From an uncultured Lachnospiraceae bacterium (GTDB lineage Bacteria > Bacillota > Clostridia > Lachnospirales > Lachnospiraceae): a stretch of 64,000 nucleotides of DNA. The position numbers and the translations under genes are program-made. This document shows positions 27,654 to 37,890 of the stretch, in pieces (positions within the stretch are counted from its first letter, which is position 1; every line of letters begins with the position of its first letter). Below the pieces are notes generated by a model, which ran no database searches, was not told the origin of the DNA, and saw nothing but the letters and a program-made list of their open reading frames with translations. Where the stretch lies: NCBI GenBank assembly GCA_902781455.1, contig CACZJF010000009.1, forward strand, positions 5,115-69,114. Reading direction: 5' to 3'.

Positions 27654-29852
27654 TCAGACTTTCACAAAGTGCCACCGGTAGCTCCGGTATTCGCCCATCT
27701 CCACAGGCACCGGAAGGCCGATCTGCATCAGCGCGTTGGCCGGATAAACCTTGCCGGTTGCCTCGTCTTTGTAGAAGCAGTCTTTTTTCAGGCCTCTGAG
27801 ACGGACATAATTCACAGTCATGTTTCCGTGCATCTGGAGGCAGACCACCGAGATCAGAGCCTCACTCGCATCCTCCGCGAACATCTCCCATGCAGCGATC
27901 GGATCCTCAAGCGGATTGCTGAGGCGATAGTAAAGACCATGGTTGATGAGCTTCGCGTACTTGTGATACTCCTGAATCTGCGCCCGGATTGTCTCCTTCT
28001 CTTCCTCGGAGAGCTTCTTCGGGTCGAGCTCGTAGCCGAATGTTCCACTCATCGCGACGGCTGCCCTTGTCTCCAGAGAAACAGATCTCCCGGTCTGCTC
28101 GTTCGGTACGGCAGATACATGCGCGCCTACCGCGGAGATAGGATAGACAAAGCTTGTCCCGTACTGGATGCGGGTGCGGTCAATCGCGTCCGTATTGTCT
28201 GAGCACCAGATCTGAGGCGTGTAGTACAGCATGCCGAGGTCAAAGCGTCCGCCGCCCCCGGAGCAGCCTTCGATCAGAATGTCCGGATAATTCCGGTTCA
28301 GCCGTTCCAGAAAATCATACAGGCCAAGCACATAGTTGTAGAGCACCTGTCCCTGGCTCAGGCCGCTGTGGGAATAGACATTGAAGATGGAACGGTTGAA
28401 GTCCCACTTCACATATTCAATGTTGGCGCTGTCCAGCACCTTGCTGATATCCGCATAGATCGCGTCCACAACCTCTTTCCGCGAGAAGTCCAGGATCAGC
28501 TGGTTCCGTCCCAGAATCGGGTGCCGTCCCGGAATTGTCATCGCCCAGTCCGGATGCGCGCGGTAGAGATCACTGTCCTCATTCACCATCTCAGGCTCGA
28601 CCCAGATGCCGAACTTCAGCCCCATCTTGTTGACCTCTTCAACGAGGCTTCCCAGCGGTCCGCCAAGCTTCTCTTCGTTGACATACCAGTCACCCAGGCC
28701 GCGGTAGTCATCATTGCGCGCGCCAAACCACCCATCGTCCATGACAAGCATCTCAACGCCCAGGTCCTTTGCACCCTGCGCCAGTTCCAGAAGCTTCTCC
28801 CTGTTGAAATTAAAGTAGCATGCTTCCCAGCTGTTCAGAAGAACAGGCCTGATCTGGTCACGCCATTTGCCACGGCAGATATGTCTTCTTGCGCAGCGGT
28901 GGAAATTCTGGGACAGACGGGCCATTCCCTTCGAGGAATAACTCATCACCACCTGCGGCGTCCAGAACACATCACCCGCTCCGAGCGGATACGCAAGCAG
29001 CTCATCAGGAAGACCAAGCTGCATGCGGACATTGTTGTACTGATCCTTCTCAATCTCGCCCTTGAAGCCTCCGGAATAGACGAAACTCATACCGTAGCAG
29101 TGTCCGTAATCTTCCGTTGCCATGTGATCAATCAGCAGCATGGTCGGACTGTACTGGTGACTGGACGTCCCTCTGGTAGAGCCGATCGTCATCGTGCCAT
29201 GGCAGACCCTCTGGCGCTGGGCATTGCGCTCCATACAGTGGCGCCCGTAGAAGGTGACAGCGTCAAAGTCGCCGGTCACAAAGTCCAGGCACGCGCTCTG
29301 CGCCTTTTCCAGGGTAAATGCGCTCTTTCCGTAGTTTTCAATGCGAACAGCCCTGGTGATAATGTCAAGCTTCGGCAGAACACCGTAGTACAGGTCAACC
29401 TTCAGCTTCAGAAGCTCATCCTTCAAAGTAATGACAAGCGTCTGTGCATTGGCACCCGTATCCTGATTCGTATCGTCCGCATAAACCGCCGGAAGGCCGG
29501 GGATGCTGTACAGTCCGTCTTCGACACGCCAGGAATCATAGCGCAGATCACAGTCCAGCGTCCCGTCCTCATCCGCAACCTTCAACTGAACACGACGGTA
29601 GTCACCGTTGCCCAGATACGGATACTCCTGCGGCAGGAAATCCATCGAATAGGTTCGGTCCGACTCCGCCTCATACGGATTGCCGGAAAAGCCGCGGTCC
29701 TGGAACGTCAGCAGGAAATGCATATCCCCTGCACTCTTGCGGCCATAGTACTGATGCAGCAGATAACCGTAACGGTCTACGTGCATCTGGTAAGTCGTGC
29801 GTTTCGTGTTCAATGTGAAGACGAGTCTGTCTTTGTTCATCTCTATAGCCAT
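27654..29852 (-). CDS. Alpha-galactosidase, GH36
   Basis: LLNSWEACYF, VMDDGWFG, FGIWVEPEM, YVKWDFNR, EGCSGGGGRFD, WCSDNTD. Confidence 0.95.
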   Translation of the reverse strand: MAIEMNKDRLVFTLNTKRTTYQMHVDRYGYLLHQYYGRKSAGDMHFLLTFQDRGFSGNPYEAESDRTYSMDFLPQEYPYLGNGDYRRVQLKVADEDGTLDCDLRYDSWRVEDGLYSIPGLPAVYADDTNQDTGANAQTLVITLKDELLKLKVDLYYGVLPKLDIITRAVRIENYGKSAFTLEKAQSACLDFVTGDFDAVTFYGRHCMERNAQRQRVCHGTMTIGSTRGTSSHQYSPTMLLIDHMATEDYGHCYGMSFVYSGGFKGEIEKDQYNNVRMQLGLPDELLAYPLGAGDVFWTPQVVMSYSSKGMARLSQNFHRCARRHICRGKWRDQIRPVLLNSWEACYFNFNREKLLELAQGAKDLGVEMLVMDDGWFGARNDDYRGLGDWYVNEEKLGGPLGSLVEEVNKMGLKFGIWVEPEMVNEDSDLYRAHPDWAMTIPGRHPILGRNQLILDFSRKEVVDAIYADISKVLDSANIEYVKWDFNRSIFNVYSHSGLSQGQVLYNYVLGLYDFLERLNRNYPDILIEGCSGGGGRFDLGMLYYTPQIWCSDNTDAIDRTRIQYGTSFVYPISAVGAHVSAVPNEQTGRSVSLETRAAVAMSGTFGYELDPKKLSEEEKETIRAQIQEYHKYAKLINHGLYYRLSNPLEDPIAAWEMFAEDASEALISVVCLQMHGNMTVNYVRLRGLKKDCFYKDEATGKVYPANALMQIGLPVPVEMGEYRSYRWHFVKV

Positions 29853-30150
29853 GGTAATCTCCATTCCGCCGCGGAAAAAGCGCGGCAAATAAATTCAGAT
29901 TGACTGATGCTATAGTAATCGAGTCAGCAAATATAATCTATGACTTTTTCGCAGATAAAAAGGGAAGAATCACTCTTGTAACGGAACCAGGAAACTGTTT
30001 TGATGCATATCTGACGCAGACACAGAAAATTCATTCCTTTCCGGTCTGTATCGTGGTACACTGAATCCATGATGTGCGCCCCGGTCTGGCAGGTAAGTCG
30101 GGGCAGATGAAAGAAACTGCCAAGCAGGAACAAAGAGGAGGTATTGAAAG

Positions 30151-30894
30151 ATGGCATTATTTGATGATCTTGGAAGACTTGGAAAGACAGTTGCAGGACG
30201 TGCGAAGAATGCGGCTGAGACCGGCAATCTGAAGCTTCAGATCGCGAACGCGCAGAAAGAAGTCACTAAGGCATATGCTGAGCTCGGCAGGAAGTTCGCG
30301 GAGCTGAATCCGGATTCTGTGGACGAGAGTCTGAAACCGCTTCTGGACGCTGCGAAAGCTGCGGTGGATAAGGTTGCTTCTCTTGAGCAGGGAATCGAAA
30401 CCTCCCGCAAGACGATGGAAGAAGCCGAAGCAAAGATGGCGAAGGAAGCTGCCGAAGCGAAAGCCCGTGCAGAGAAGGAAGCAGAAGCACTGAAGGCCAG
30501 TGCGGAGAAAGAGGCTGCAGAGCTGAAGGCGCGTGCTGAGAAGACGGAAGACGAACTGAAGGACAGCTTTGACGCTGCCGGTGCTGAAGTCAAGGCAGCT
30601 GCTGAATCAGCCGAAAGCAGCGCAAAGACTCTGTTCGAGCAGGCACAGGAGAAGGCGAAGAAAACCTTCGCAGATATGAAGAATACGGCAGAAGGCCTGT
30701 TCAACGAAGTGAAGGAAGCGGTTGAGAACAAGACTGCAGAAGCGGAAGACGCGGCTGACGATGTAGTAGATGCGGCGGCTGAGACTGTTGAGGAAGCTGC
30801 AGACACAGCAGCAGATGCATGCTCCTGCGCAGTTGATGCAGCTGAAGATGCGGCCGAGGAAGTCAAAGAGACAACTGAGGAGGGTGGCTGCTAA
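30151..30894 (+). CDS. Ala/Glu/Lys-rich coiled-coil hypothetical protein with 11-mer repeats
   Basis: Strong SD (GAGGAGG), biased codon use, repeats EKEAEALKASA/EKEAAELKARA, acidic tail. Confidence 0.75.
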   Translation: MALFDDLGRLGKTVAGRAKNAAETGNLKLQIANAQKEVTKAYAELGRKFAELNPDSVDESLKPLLDAAKAAVDKVASLEQGIETSRKTMEEAEAKMAKEAAEAKARAEKEAEALKASAEKEAAELKARAEKTEDELKDSFDAAGAEVKAAAESAESSAKTLFEQAQEKAKKTFADMKNTAEGLFNEVKEAVENKTAEAEDAADDVVDAAAETVEEAADTAADACSCAVDAAEDAAEEVKETTEEGGC

Positions 30895-31092
30895 GAAACA
30901 AGGGATTCCGCAGCGATAATAACGGAATAAAGCATCGGGGAACCTTCCCCGTATGATGATACGCCTCGCCAGTGTAAGCCATTCAGGCTTCACCGGCGGG
31001 GCGTATATCATTCATGATAGATGTATATAAGGTGATTGAAGATGCAAGGCGATGATGTTGACGCGAAAATGGCGCAATGATATGATTGCCGC

Positions 31093-31857
31093 ATGGAAAG
31101 AGGACTTGAAAACACAACCAGTATTTCTGCTCAGAACGGCTTTATCGGATCCCGATACGGCCTTTCCGGCAGCACGCTGAAACTGATCGCGTCGGCAATC
31201 ATGCTGATCGATCATACCGGCGCGTCTGTCGTTTCCACCTATATGTCTGTCAGCCGGCTGCGCTTTACAGATCTGGCAGCCTATCAGAACATGCAGACGC
31301 TGTATCAGTGGATGCGCTCCATCGGCCGCCTGGCCTTCCCGATCTATTGCTTTCTGATCGTGGAAGGTTTTTTCCATACCAGATCCGTACGGAAATACTG
31401 CTGGCGCATGTTTCTGTTTGCGCTGATCTCAGAGTTCCCCTTTGACTATGCATTGAAAGCCAGCGTTCCTTACTGGCGCAAGCAGAATGTTTACTTCACC
31501 CTCCTGATCGCTCTTCTGTGCCTTGCCATGCTGCAGTATCTCCAGGGGCTCTACTGCGTCCAGTTCATCGCGATTGCTTCCTCCATGTGGCTGGCCAACG
31601 CGATGATGACGGACTATAACTGTAAGGGTGTCTTTCTGATCGTGATCCTGTACCTGTTCCATGACTACAGGCTGTATCAATGTATCGCCGGTGCTGCCGC
31701 GATTGCGTGGGAACACTGGGCACCTCTGTCTTATATCCTGTGTTACTTCTATAACGGAAAGCGCGGGATACGGCTGCGCTATTTCTTCTATATCTTCTAT
31801 CCCGGACATCTGCTGGTGCTTGGGATTATTCGTCATATGATCATACGCATGCACTGA
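31093..31857 (+). CDS. TraX-family membrane acyltransferase-like protein
   Basis: LKLIA..IMLIDH, IGRLAFPIYCFLIVEGF.HT, ISEFPFD, QNVYFTL, YNGKRG, FYIFYPGHL. Confidence 0.88.
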   Translation: MERGLENTTSISAQNGFIGSRYGLSGSTLKLIASAIMLIDHTGASVVSTYMSVSRLRFTDLAAYQNMQTLYQWMRSIGRLAFPIYCFLIVEGFFHTRSVRKYCWRMFLFALISEFPFDYALKASVPYWRKQNVYFTLLIALLCLAMLQYLQGLYCVQFIAIASSMWLANAMMTDYNCKGVFLIVILYLFHDYRLYQCIAGAAAIAWEHWAPLSYILCYFYNGKRGIRLRYFFYIFYPGHLLVLGIIRHMIIRMH

Positions 31858-31938
31858 GGAAGATACAACTCATGCAGCCTGTGCATGCTTCGAACTATGT
31901 AATCAACTCCATCTGCACGCTCTGAACGAAGTAACGAT

Positions 31939-32586
31939 TCACCCATTCGCGCTCGCTGTGATCTCATCGTCCTTCCTATGCGCTCTCATGATCTCATGAA
32001 ACTGGTTCCCGCACCGTTCCACCTCTCCGAGCACGACATCTATCTTCTGTTCATCAAGATACCAGTTATCCCTTGTGATTCCTTTTGTCACGATCGGACA
32101 GACGAGTAATTCCACGTCAGGGAACTGTTCCTGATAGTACATCCTGCATCTTCTCGCATGATAAGCCTGGCAGGCGATGATCGCTTTCTTTACATGGATC
32201 TGCATCGACTCCAGGAGACGTTTCGAATAGATCGCGTTTTCCCAGGTAAAGGTTGCCTGATCCTCTTTCAGGATGGCCTGTTCCGGAACACCGGCTTCGA
32301 TCAGGATATCGTGCAGATATTCCCACTCTGTCCGCCGGTTCTTTCCCTCAGGATCCAGAAAGGTCCCGACAGGCTTTGGATATCTTCCGCTTGGCAGAAC
32401 CAGCGGTGCATATCCCTGTGCGTACAGCCTGGCTGCATGCCTTGCACTGTCCGGATAATTCCCGCCGGGCACAAAGATCACGTCCGCTTTCTCCGGGACG
32501 TCTTCCAGGAAGATGAAGTCCGTAATGCAGTCAAAGAATCTTTCATTTGTCCTGCTCTGTATTCTGCTCTCTGTTCTACGCTCCAT
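31939..32586 (-). CDS. YdcF/DUF218 (ElyC/SanA-like) family protein
   Basis: ADVIFVPGG, LPSG, GVPEQAILKE..ATFTWENA, YHARR. Confidence 0.85.
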   Translation of the reverse strand: MERRTESRIQSRTNERFFDCITDFIFLEDVPEKADVIFVPGGNYPDSARHAARLYAQGYAPLVLPSGRYPKPVGTFLDPEGKNRRTEWEYLHDILIEAGVPEQAILKEDQATFTWENAIYSKRLLESMQIHVKKAIIACQAYHARRCRMYYQEQFPDVELLVCPIVTKGITRDNWYLDEQKIDVVLGEVERCGNQFHEIMRAHRKDDEITASANG

Positions 32587-32703
32587 CAGCACTCTCCAAA
32601 GATGCGCTCCATGCACAGATCCGTTTTGTGTTCAGATATGAAACATGCTCAGGTACGCTCTGTGCACAGGTACATGCCCGTCACAGATACGCCCGATACG
32701 CCA

Positions 32704-32742
32704 GGCGGGGGAAAGCAGGTTTGATGCTTGCTTTCCCCCGCC
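32704..32742. terminator. Terminator-like hairpin downstream of glnS
   Basis: GGCGGGGGAAAGCA...TGCTTTCCCCCGCC stem. Confidence 0.6.
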
Positions 32743-32800
32743 GTAACGGTAATCCGTTTTTCATTTTTTACATAACCGCAGCGCTTCTACGCTGATCGGC

Positions 32801-34468
32801 TCACGTCGCCGCCGGCAGCTTGAAGGACGACTTCAACGCCGCGATCCGGTTAAAGACCAGATGGTCCGGCGCAGACAGTTTCGAATCGACGCAGAAGTAT
32901 CCTGTCCGGACAAACTGGAAGGAATCCGGCGCCTTGGCATCCTTCAGGGAAGCTTCTACATAGCAGTCCTTCAGGATCTGGAGCGAATTCGGATTCAGGT
33001 TCAGTTCTCCTGTCTCCTCATCGTAGACACCCTTCTCTTCATCCACGATGTTCTCAAACAGACGGACTTCACAGCGGATGGCGCTCTTCGCGTCTACCCA
33101 GTGGATCGTTCCCTTCACCTTCCGTCCGTCCGGTGCGTTTCCACCGCGTGTCTGGGGATCATAAGTGCAGTGCACAGCCGTAACGTTGCCGTTTTCGTCC
33201 TTGTCAACACCTGTGCAGGTCACGAAGTACGCATGCATCAGACGAACCTCATTGCCGGGATACAGCCTTCTGTACTTCGGAACCGGAACCTCCATGAAGT
33301 CTTCCTGTTCGATATACAGTTCACGGCTGAACGGTACCTTTCTGGATCCCAGCTCCGGATTCTCCAGGTTGTTCTCAACCTCCAGTTCTTCCGTCTGATC
33401 CTCCGGATAGTTATCGATAATCAGCTTCAGCGGATGGAGAATTCCCATCACACGCTCTCTCTTCAGCTTCAGGTCTTCTCTCACACAATACTCCAGCATC
33501 GCGTACTCAGAGGAGGATTGTGCCTTGGAGATGCCGCTCAGCTCGACGAACATCCTGATCGCCTCCGGCGTGTAGCCGCGGCGGCGCAGTCCGGAGATGG
33601 ATACAAGCCGCGGATCATCCCAGCCGTCCACGATTCCATTTTCGACGAGCTTCTTGATATAGCGCTTGCCGGTGACAACATTCGTCAGATACATCTTGGC
33701 GAACTCGATCTGGCGGGGCGGCTGCTCATACTCCAGTTCCCTGACAACCCAGTCATACAGCGGTCTGTGGTCCTCGAACTCCAGGGTGCAGATGGAATGC
33801 GTGACGCCTTCGATCGCGTCCTCGATCGGATGCGCGAAATCATACATCGGGTAAATGCACCATTTGTCCCCTGTATTCGCATGCGATATGTGCGCGATGC
33901 GGTAGATGACGGGGTCGCGCATGTTCATATTCGGAGACGCCATGTCGATCTTCGCGCGGAGCACCTTCGCGCCGTCCTCGTACCTGCCGTCCTTCATCTC
34001 CTCAAAGAGTTTCAGGTTCTCCTCGATGCTGCGGTCTCTGTAAGGAGAATTCTTTCCCGGCTCTTTCAGCGTTCCGCGGTAAGAACGGATCTCCTCCGCC
34101 GTCAGGTCGCAGACAAAGGCCTTGCCTTTTTTGATCAACTTGACGGCAGCTTCGTACATCTGTCCAAAGTAGTCGGAAGCAAAGTACAGCCGGTCCTCAA
34201 AGTCCGCGCCGAGCCATCTGACATCATTCTCGATGGATTCAACGAATTCACTCTTCTCCTTTGTCGGGTTGGTATCATCAAACCGCAGATTGAACAGGCC
34301 ATGATATTCCTGGGCCAGTCCGTAATTCAGGATGATCGACTTCGCGTGTCCGATGTGAAGATAACCGTTCGGCTCCGGCGGGAAACGTGTCATCACGTGA
34401 TCCACTCGTCCCTCTTCCAGGTCCTTGTCTATGATCTGCTCGATAAAGTTCCTGCTTTGATTCTCCAT
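32801..34468 (-). CDS. glnS: Glutamine--tRNA ligase
   Basis: [60 protein letters not shown]. Confidence 0.97.
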   Translation of the reverse strand: MENQSRNFIEQIIDKDLEEGRVDHVMTRFPPEPNGYLHIGHAKSIILNYGLAQEYHGLFNLRFDDTNPTKEKSEFVESIENDVRWLGADFEDRLYFASDYFGQMYEAAVKLIKKGKAFVCDLTAEEIRSYRGTLKEPGKNSPYRDRSIEENLKLFEEMKDGRYEDGAKVLRAKIDMASPNMNMRDPVIYRIAHISHANTGDKWCIYPMYDFAHPIEDAIEGVTHSICTLEFEDHRPLYDWVVRELEYEQPPRQIEFAKMYLTNVVTGKRYIKKLVENGIVDGWDDPRLVSISGLRRRGYTPEAIRMFVELSGISKAQSSSEYAMLEYCVREDLKLKRERVMGILHPLKLIIDNYPEDQTEELEVENNLENPELGSRKVPFSRELYIEQEDFMEVPVPKYRRLYPGNEVRLMHAYFVTCTGVDKDENGNVTAVHCTYDPQTRGGNAPDGRKVKGTIHWVDAKSAIRCEVRLFENIVDEEKGVYDEETGELNLNPNSLQILKDCYVEASLKDAKAPDSFQFVRTGYFCVDSKLSAPDHLVFNRIAALKSSFKLPAAT

Positions 34469-34510
34469 GCTTTTTACTCCCTGCTGCACTGCCTGTTGTT
34501 CTTTCGGTTT

Positions 34511-35536
34511 TTAGTTAAAATGAATAAACTTCCTCAGCACCTTGTACCCCTTCACGGTCGTCTTCTGCGCGATCGGAACGGGGAGATTCATCCACATTCC
34601 AAGGAAGGACATTCTGAGGCGGATAAACAGCTTCTCATTCTTGTTCTTGAGATAGCCCCAGATATCTCTCTTCTTGGCGTAATCTTCCTCGGTTCCTCCG
34701 ACCAGAAGCAGAATGGAGGTCACGGTCATGATCTTATTCAGGTAGTTCATCATGTACTTGCGCACATTTTTATCCAGGCCGCTGAAATTCTGCCCTGTGA
34801 AGACGTCGATCATCATCTTGTTGACCCTGATCTGCTGGTCAATCCTGCTGATCATCACCTTCTCGTTTACGCTCTGGTCTTCACGCCCGATCAGATAATG
34901 ATAGAAGTTTACGTCCATATAGTAAAGCTTCTCACAGTATGGAAGCGGCTGGAAGCAGAACAGATTGTCCACATAAAATGTATGCAGCGGCATCCGCAGG
35001 CCTGACCGGATCAGCACATCATGCCGGTAGATAATGTTGTGCATGAGAATGTACTGGGTCTGCTTCATGTGTCCCATATCATCCCATGAGATGATGCGGT
35101 TCTGCGGAAATGCATGCCTGAACTGCATGACATTCTTATGCCACACGCCTTCCTTGTCATAGACAAAATTGGTGAGCATCATATCGACGGGGGTACCCCT
35201 GTCCTCGAGCATTTTCAGGCGGTTAATGATCCGAAGAAGAGCCCTGGAATCCACCCAGTCATCCGAATCGACCACCTTGAAATACACACCGGAAGCCTCA
35301 CGGATTCCTGTATTGACAGCACCGCCGTGCCCCTTGTTTTCCTGGTGAATGGCCCGCACAATCCCCGGATACCGCTGTTCATAATTCTTTGCGATCTCCA
35401 GCGTATGATCCTTCTTCGAGCCATCGTCTATAATCAGAATCTCTATGTCTTCCCCGCCGGGAAGAAGGGATTCAATTGATTTTCTCATATACGCTTCCGA
35501 GTTGTAGCACGGAATCGCGACAGAAAGAATTTTCAT
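34511..35536 (-). CDS. Glycosyltransferase family 2
   Basis: LSVAIPCYNSE, IIDDGS, ENKGHGGAVN, KVVDSDD (DxD). Confidence 0.92.
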   Translation of the reverse strand: MKILSVAIPCYNSEAYMRKSIESLLPGGEDIEILIIDDGSKKDHTLEIAKNYEQRYPGIVRAIHQENKGHGGAVNTGIREASGVYFKVVDSDDWVDSRALLRIINRLKMLEDRGTPVDMMLTNFVYDKEGVWHKNVMQFRHAFPQNRIISWDDMGHMKQTQYILMHNIIYRHDVLIRSGLRMPLHTFYVDNLFCFQPLPYCEKLYYMDVNFYHYLIGREDQSVNEKVMISRIDQQIRVNKMMIDVFTGQNFSGLDKNVRKYMMNYLNKIMTVTSILLLVGGTEEDYAKKRDIWGYLKNKNEKLFIRLRMSFLGMWMNLPVPIAQKTTVKGYKVLRKFIHFN

Positions 35537-35630
35537 GTTCGTCTCCTACTGTTTTATTGTCACTTCTTAATGCTGTTTTGACCGATCATACGACTCTGTC
35601 AGAAGCTTCTTTCAACAGATGCTCCTTCCA

Positions 35631-36827
35631 TCAGATTCTTCTTCCATCTCCAAGCACGGCTGTGTATCTGGCGTATGCGAAAGGAATCGGGTAGTCCTCT
35701 TCCATCTGCCGGATCTCTACTGTCAGAAAAGCATTCTCCGTTTTTTTCTCAGCATCCTGCGTCCTTTCCAGGTCCGGTTTTCCGGATCTGCAGCTGGGAT
35801 CTTTTGCAGATGCTCCTGTCTCCATCTCTTCAGCCAGAATCAGGTATCCCGTCATCTCCCATTCCACATGCGTGAAGATATGTCTGTAAGAGGACAGCGG
35901 GCGGATCCTGACGGGAGACACCCCAATCTCTTCTGCTTTCAGAAGCGCTTCTTCCTGCGTCAGATGTCCTTCGAAGCAGGGAAGCTCCCACAGGCTGGCA
36001 AGCAGGCCGCGGCCTGGTCTCTTCCTGATCAAGGTCCGCTCCGAATCCCGGATCACCAGCACTGTCTTCTTTTCGATCCTGCGTGATTTTTTCTTTTTGC
36101 GGACCGGAATGGTATCCGTTAAATTCTGCCTGTTTGCAAGGCACTGCCTGGAAACCGGACACTGGCTGCAGAGCGGGACGCCATTCGGCAGGCACACAAC
36201 TGCTCCCAGTTCCATCAGCGCCTGATTAAATTCACCAGGGAGAAACTGAATCGGACCGGCTCCAGGGGACTCGCCTGCACTGTCCACCAGGAACGCCTTC
36301 ACCAGCTGTTCCAATCCTGCCTTCACGCGGGGATCATCGATGCAGTCTTCCACTGCCATGATCCTTGTCAGAACCCGGAGCACATTGCCGTCCACCGCAG
36401 GTTCCGGCAGGCCGTAAGCAATCGATGCAATTGCTCCGGCTGTATAGGAGCCGATGCCGGGCAGGCGCTTCAAAGCTCCGGCATCTGCCGGCAGCTCACC
36501 GCCATATTCCTGAAGGACCACCTCAGCCGCCTTTTTCATGTTCCGCGCACGGCTGTAATAGCCCAGGCCTTCCCACAGCTTCAGAAGCCGGTCCTCTTCA
36601 CACAGCGCAAGGTCACGGATCGTGGGGAGCGCTTTGATGAATCTGGAAAAGTACGGTTTGACCGCTTCCACCCTCGTCTGCTGAAGCATGATCTCACTGA
36701 CCCATACATAGTAAGGCAGCGGCTGCTGTCTCCACTCCAGTTCCCGATGGGTTTTCCCGTACCAGGCAAGGAGCGGCATGCAGATCCGCTGCAAGGATTC
36801 AGTTTCTGTTATTCTATCAGAAATCAT
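35631..36827 (-). CDS. mutY: A/G-specific adenine glycosylase
   Basis: WVSEIMLQQT, WEGLGYYSRARN, LPGIGSYTA, VDGNV, Fe-S motif C-X6-C-X2-C-X5-C. Confidence 0.95.
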   Translation of the reverse strand: MISDRITETESLQRICMPLLAWYGKTHRELEWRQQPLPYYVWVSEIMLQQTRVEAVKPYFSRFIKALPTIRDLALCEEDRLLKLWEGLGYYSRARNMKKAAEVVLQEYGGELPADAGALKRLPGIGSYTAGAIASIAYGLPEPAVDGNVLRVLTRIMAVEDCIDDPRVKAGLEQLVKAFLVDSAGESPGAGPIQFLPGEFNQALMELGAVVCLPNGVPLCSQCPVSRQCLANRQNLTDTIPVRKKKKSRRIEKKTVLVIRDSERTLIRKRPGRGLLASLWELPCFEGHLTQEEALLKAEEIGVSPVRIRPLSSYRHIFTHVEWEMTGYLILAEEMETGASAKDPSCRSGKPDLERTQDAEKKTENAFLTVEIRQMEEDYPIPFAYARYTAVLGDGRRI

Positions 36828-36859
36828 ACAATATTCAAGTGACTATGGTTAAGCCATAT

Positions 36860-37873
36860 TCATGCCAGATTCATGACTGACCCGCCTTCGACCAGTTCTC
36901 CTTCAATCAGGCACTTCTCAATCAGGGTTGTCTTCGGCGTCTCGATTAAAGAGATCAGCTCCTGGGCTGCTTTCTTTCCGATCTGTTTCGTATCCTGACG
37001 CAGCGTTGTGAGCTTCGGGAACAATGCCTGGGACATGGGAATTCCGTCATATCCGACGATCGAAATATCCTCCGGGACACGCAGCCCGGCTTCCTGCACT
37101 GCATGGTACGCGCCGACTGCCGAGAAATCGTCCGGCGTAAAGACACAGGTAGGACGATCCGGCAGTGAGAGTAGTTCTTCCATCCGACGCATCGTCGTCT
37201 CTCCGTCACGGTATCTTGACTTGAGGATGTATTCGTCCGGAGCCGTGATTCCGTGGTAGTACAGCGCCCTGTGGAAACTGGAAAGCCGGTCTCTGGTCAC
37301 TGAATTCTCGTCCCCGTGAATATAGGCGATCTTCGTATGCCCAAGGCTGCAGACATAATCAACCAGGTCTTTCATGCCCTTGACATTGTCGGAAACAATC
37401 GCAATCCTTCCGTCAAAGGTAAAGTCGATCGTGACAACAGGAAGGGAGGAACGCACAAGCTCCAGCACCTCGGGGGTCGTAAAGTCGATGTTTGCGATCA
37501 CGACGCCGTCAAGTCCTCTGTACCTGCAGTGTTCATAATAACTCATTCTGCGGTTCGCGATCATATTCATGGACGTAAATGTGATATCATACCCGCTCTC
37601 TTCCGCGGTCACCTTAAAGCTGTCCAGAATCGCTGCGAAGTAATCGTGCGTCAGGCCGCTGTGCAGATTGTCAGAAAAGAGAATTCCCAGGTCATAGGAC
37701 CGGTTCGTCTTCAAAGCCCGCGCGGAAGAATTCGGGAAGTATCCCATCTCCTTCGCGACTGCCTGAATCTCCTCTCTCTTCTTTTTTCCGATATCACTGT
37801 ACCCGTTCAGCGCCTTGCTGACCGTCGCGACAGATACCCCGCATTTTGAGGCAATATCCTTCATCGAAACCAT
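36860..37873 (-). CDS. LacI-family transcriptional regulator
   Basis: MKDIASKCGVSVATVSKALN HTH, PNSSARAL hinge, VPEDISIVGYD; SD AAGGAGG. Confidence 0.95.
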   Translation of the reverse strand: MVSMKDIASKCGVSVATVSKALNGYSDIGKKKREEIQAVAKEMGYFPNSSARALKTNRSYDLGILFSDNLHSGLTHDYFAAILDSFKVTAEESGYDITFTSMNMIANRRMSYYEHCRYRGLDGVVIANIDFTTPEVLELVRSSLPVVTIDFTFDGRIAIVSDNVKGMKDLVDYVCSLGHTKIAYIHGDENSVTRDRLSSFHRALYYHGITAPDEYILKSRYRDGETTMRRMEELLSLPDRPTCVFTPDDFSAVGAYHAVQEAGLRVPEDISIVGYDGIPMSQALFPKLTTLRQDTKQIGKKAAQELISLIETPKTTLIEKCLIEGELVEGGSVMNLA

Positions 37874-37890
37874 AGCCGGACCTCCTTGAC

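Noticed and set aside
28368-29903. 511-aa plus-strand ORF (likewise 46895-47935, 53279-54430 and similar)
   Set aside because: Antisense shadows of well-supported minus-strand genes with no recognisable domains
30076-30108. Hairpin upstream of the coiled-coil gene as SRP RNA or a riboswitch
   Set aside because: Lacks the SRP helix-8 motif and any riboswitch consensus I can recognise; too short to support a call
31093-31857. traX as evidence of a conjugative element
   Set aside because: No relaxase, T4SS, integrase or att-like repeats nearby; stand-alone TraX-family genes are common in Clostridia
32550-32700. Short degenerate repeats around the ydcF start
   Set aside because: Too degenerate to distinguish from chance by eye
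32801-34468. GlnRS in a Firmicute as an anomaly
   Set aside because: GlnRS is common in Clostridia
32861-35005. 714-aa plus-strand ORF
   Set aside because: Antisense shadow of glnS and the GT2 gene; no motifs; expected from codon bias in GC-rich genes
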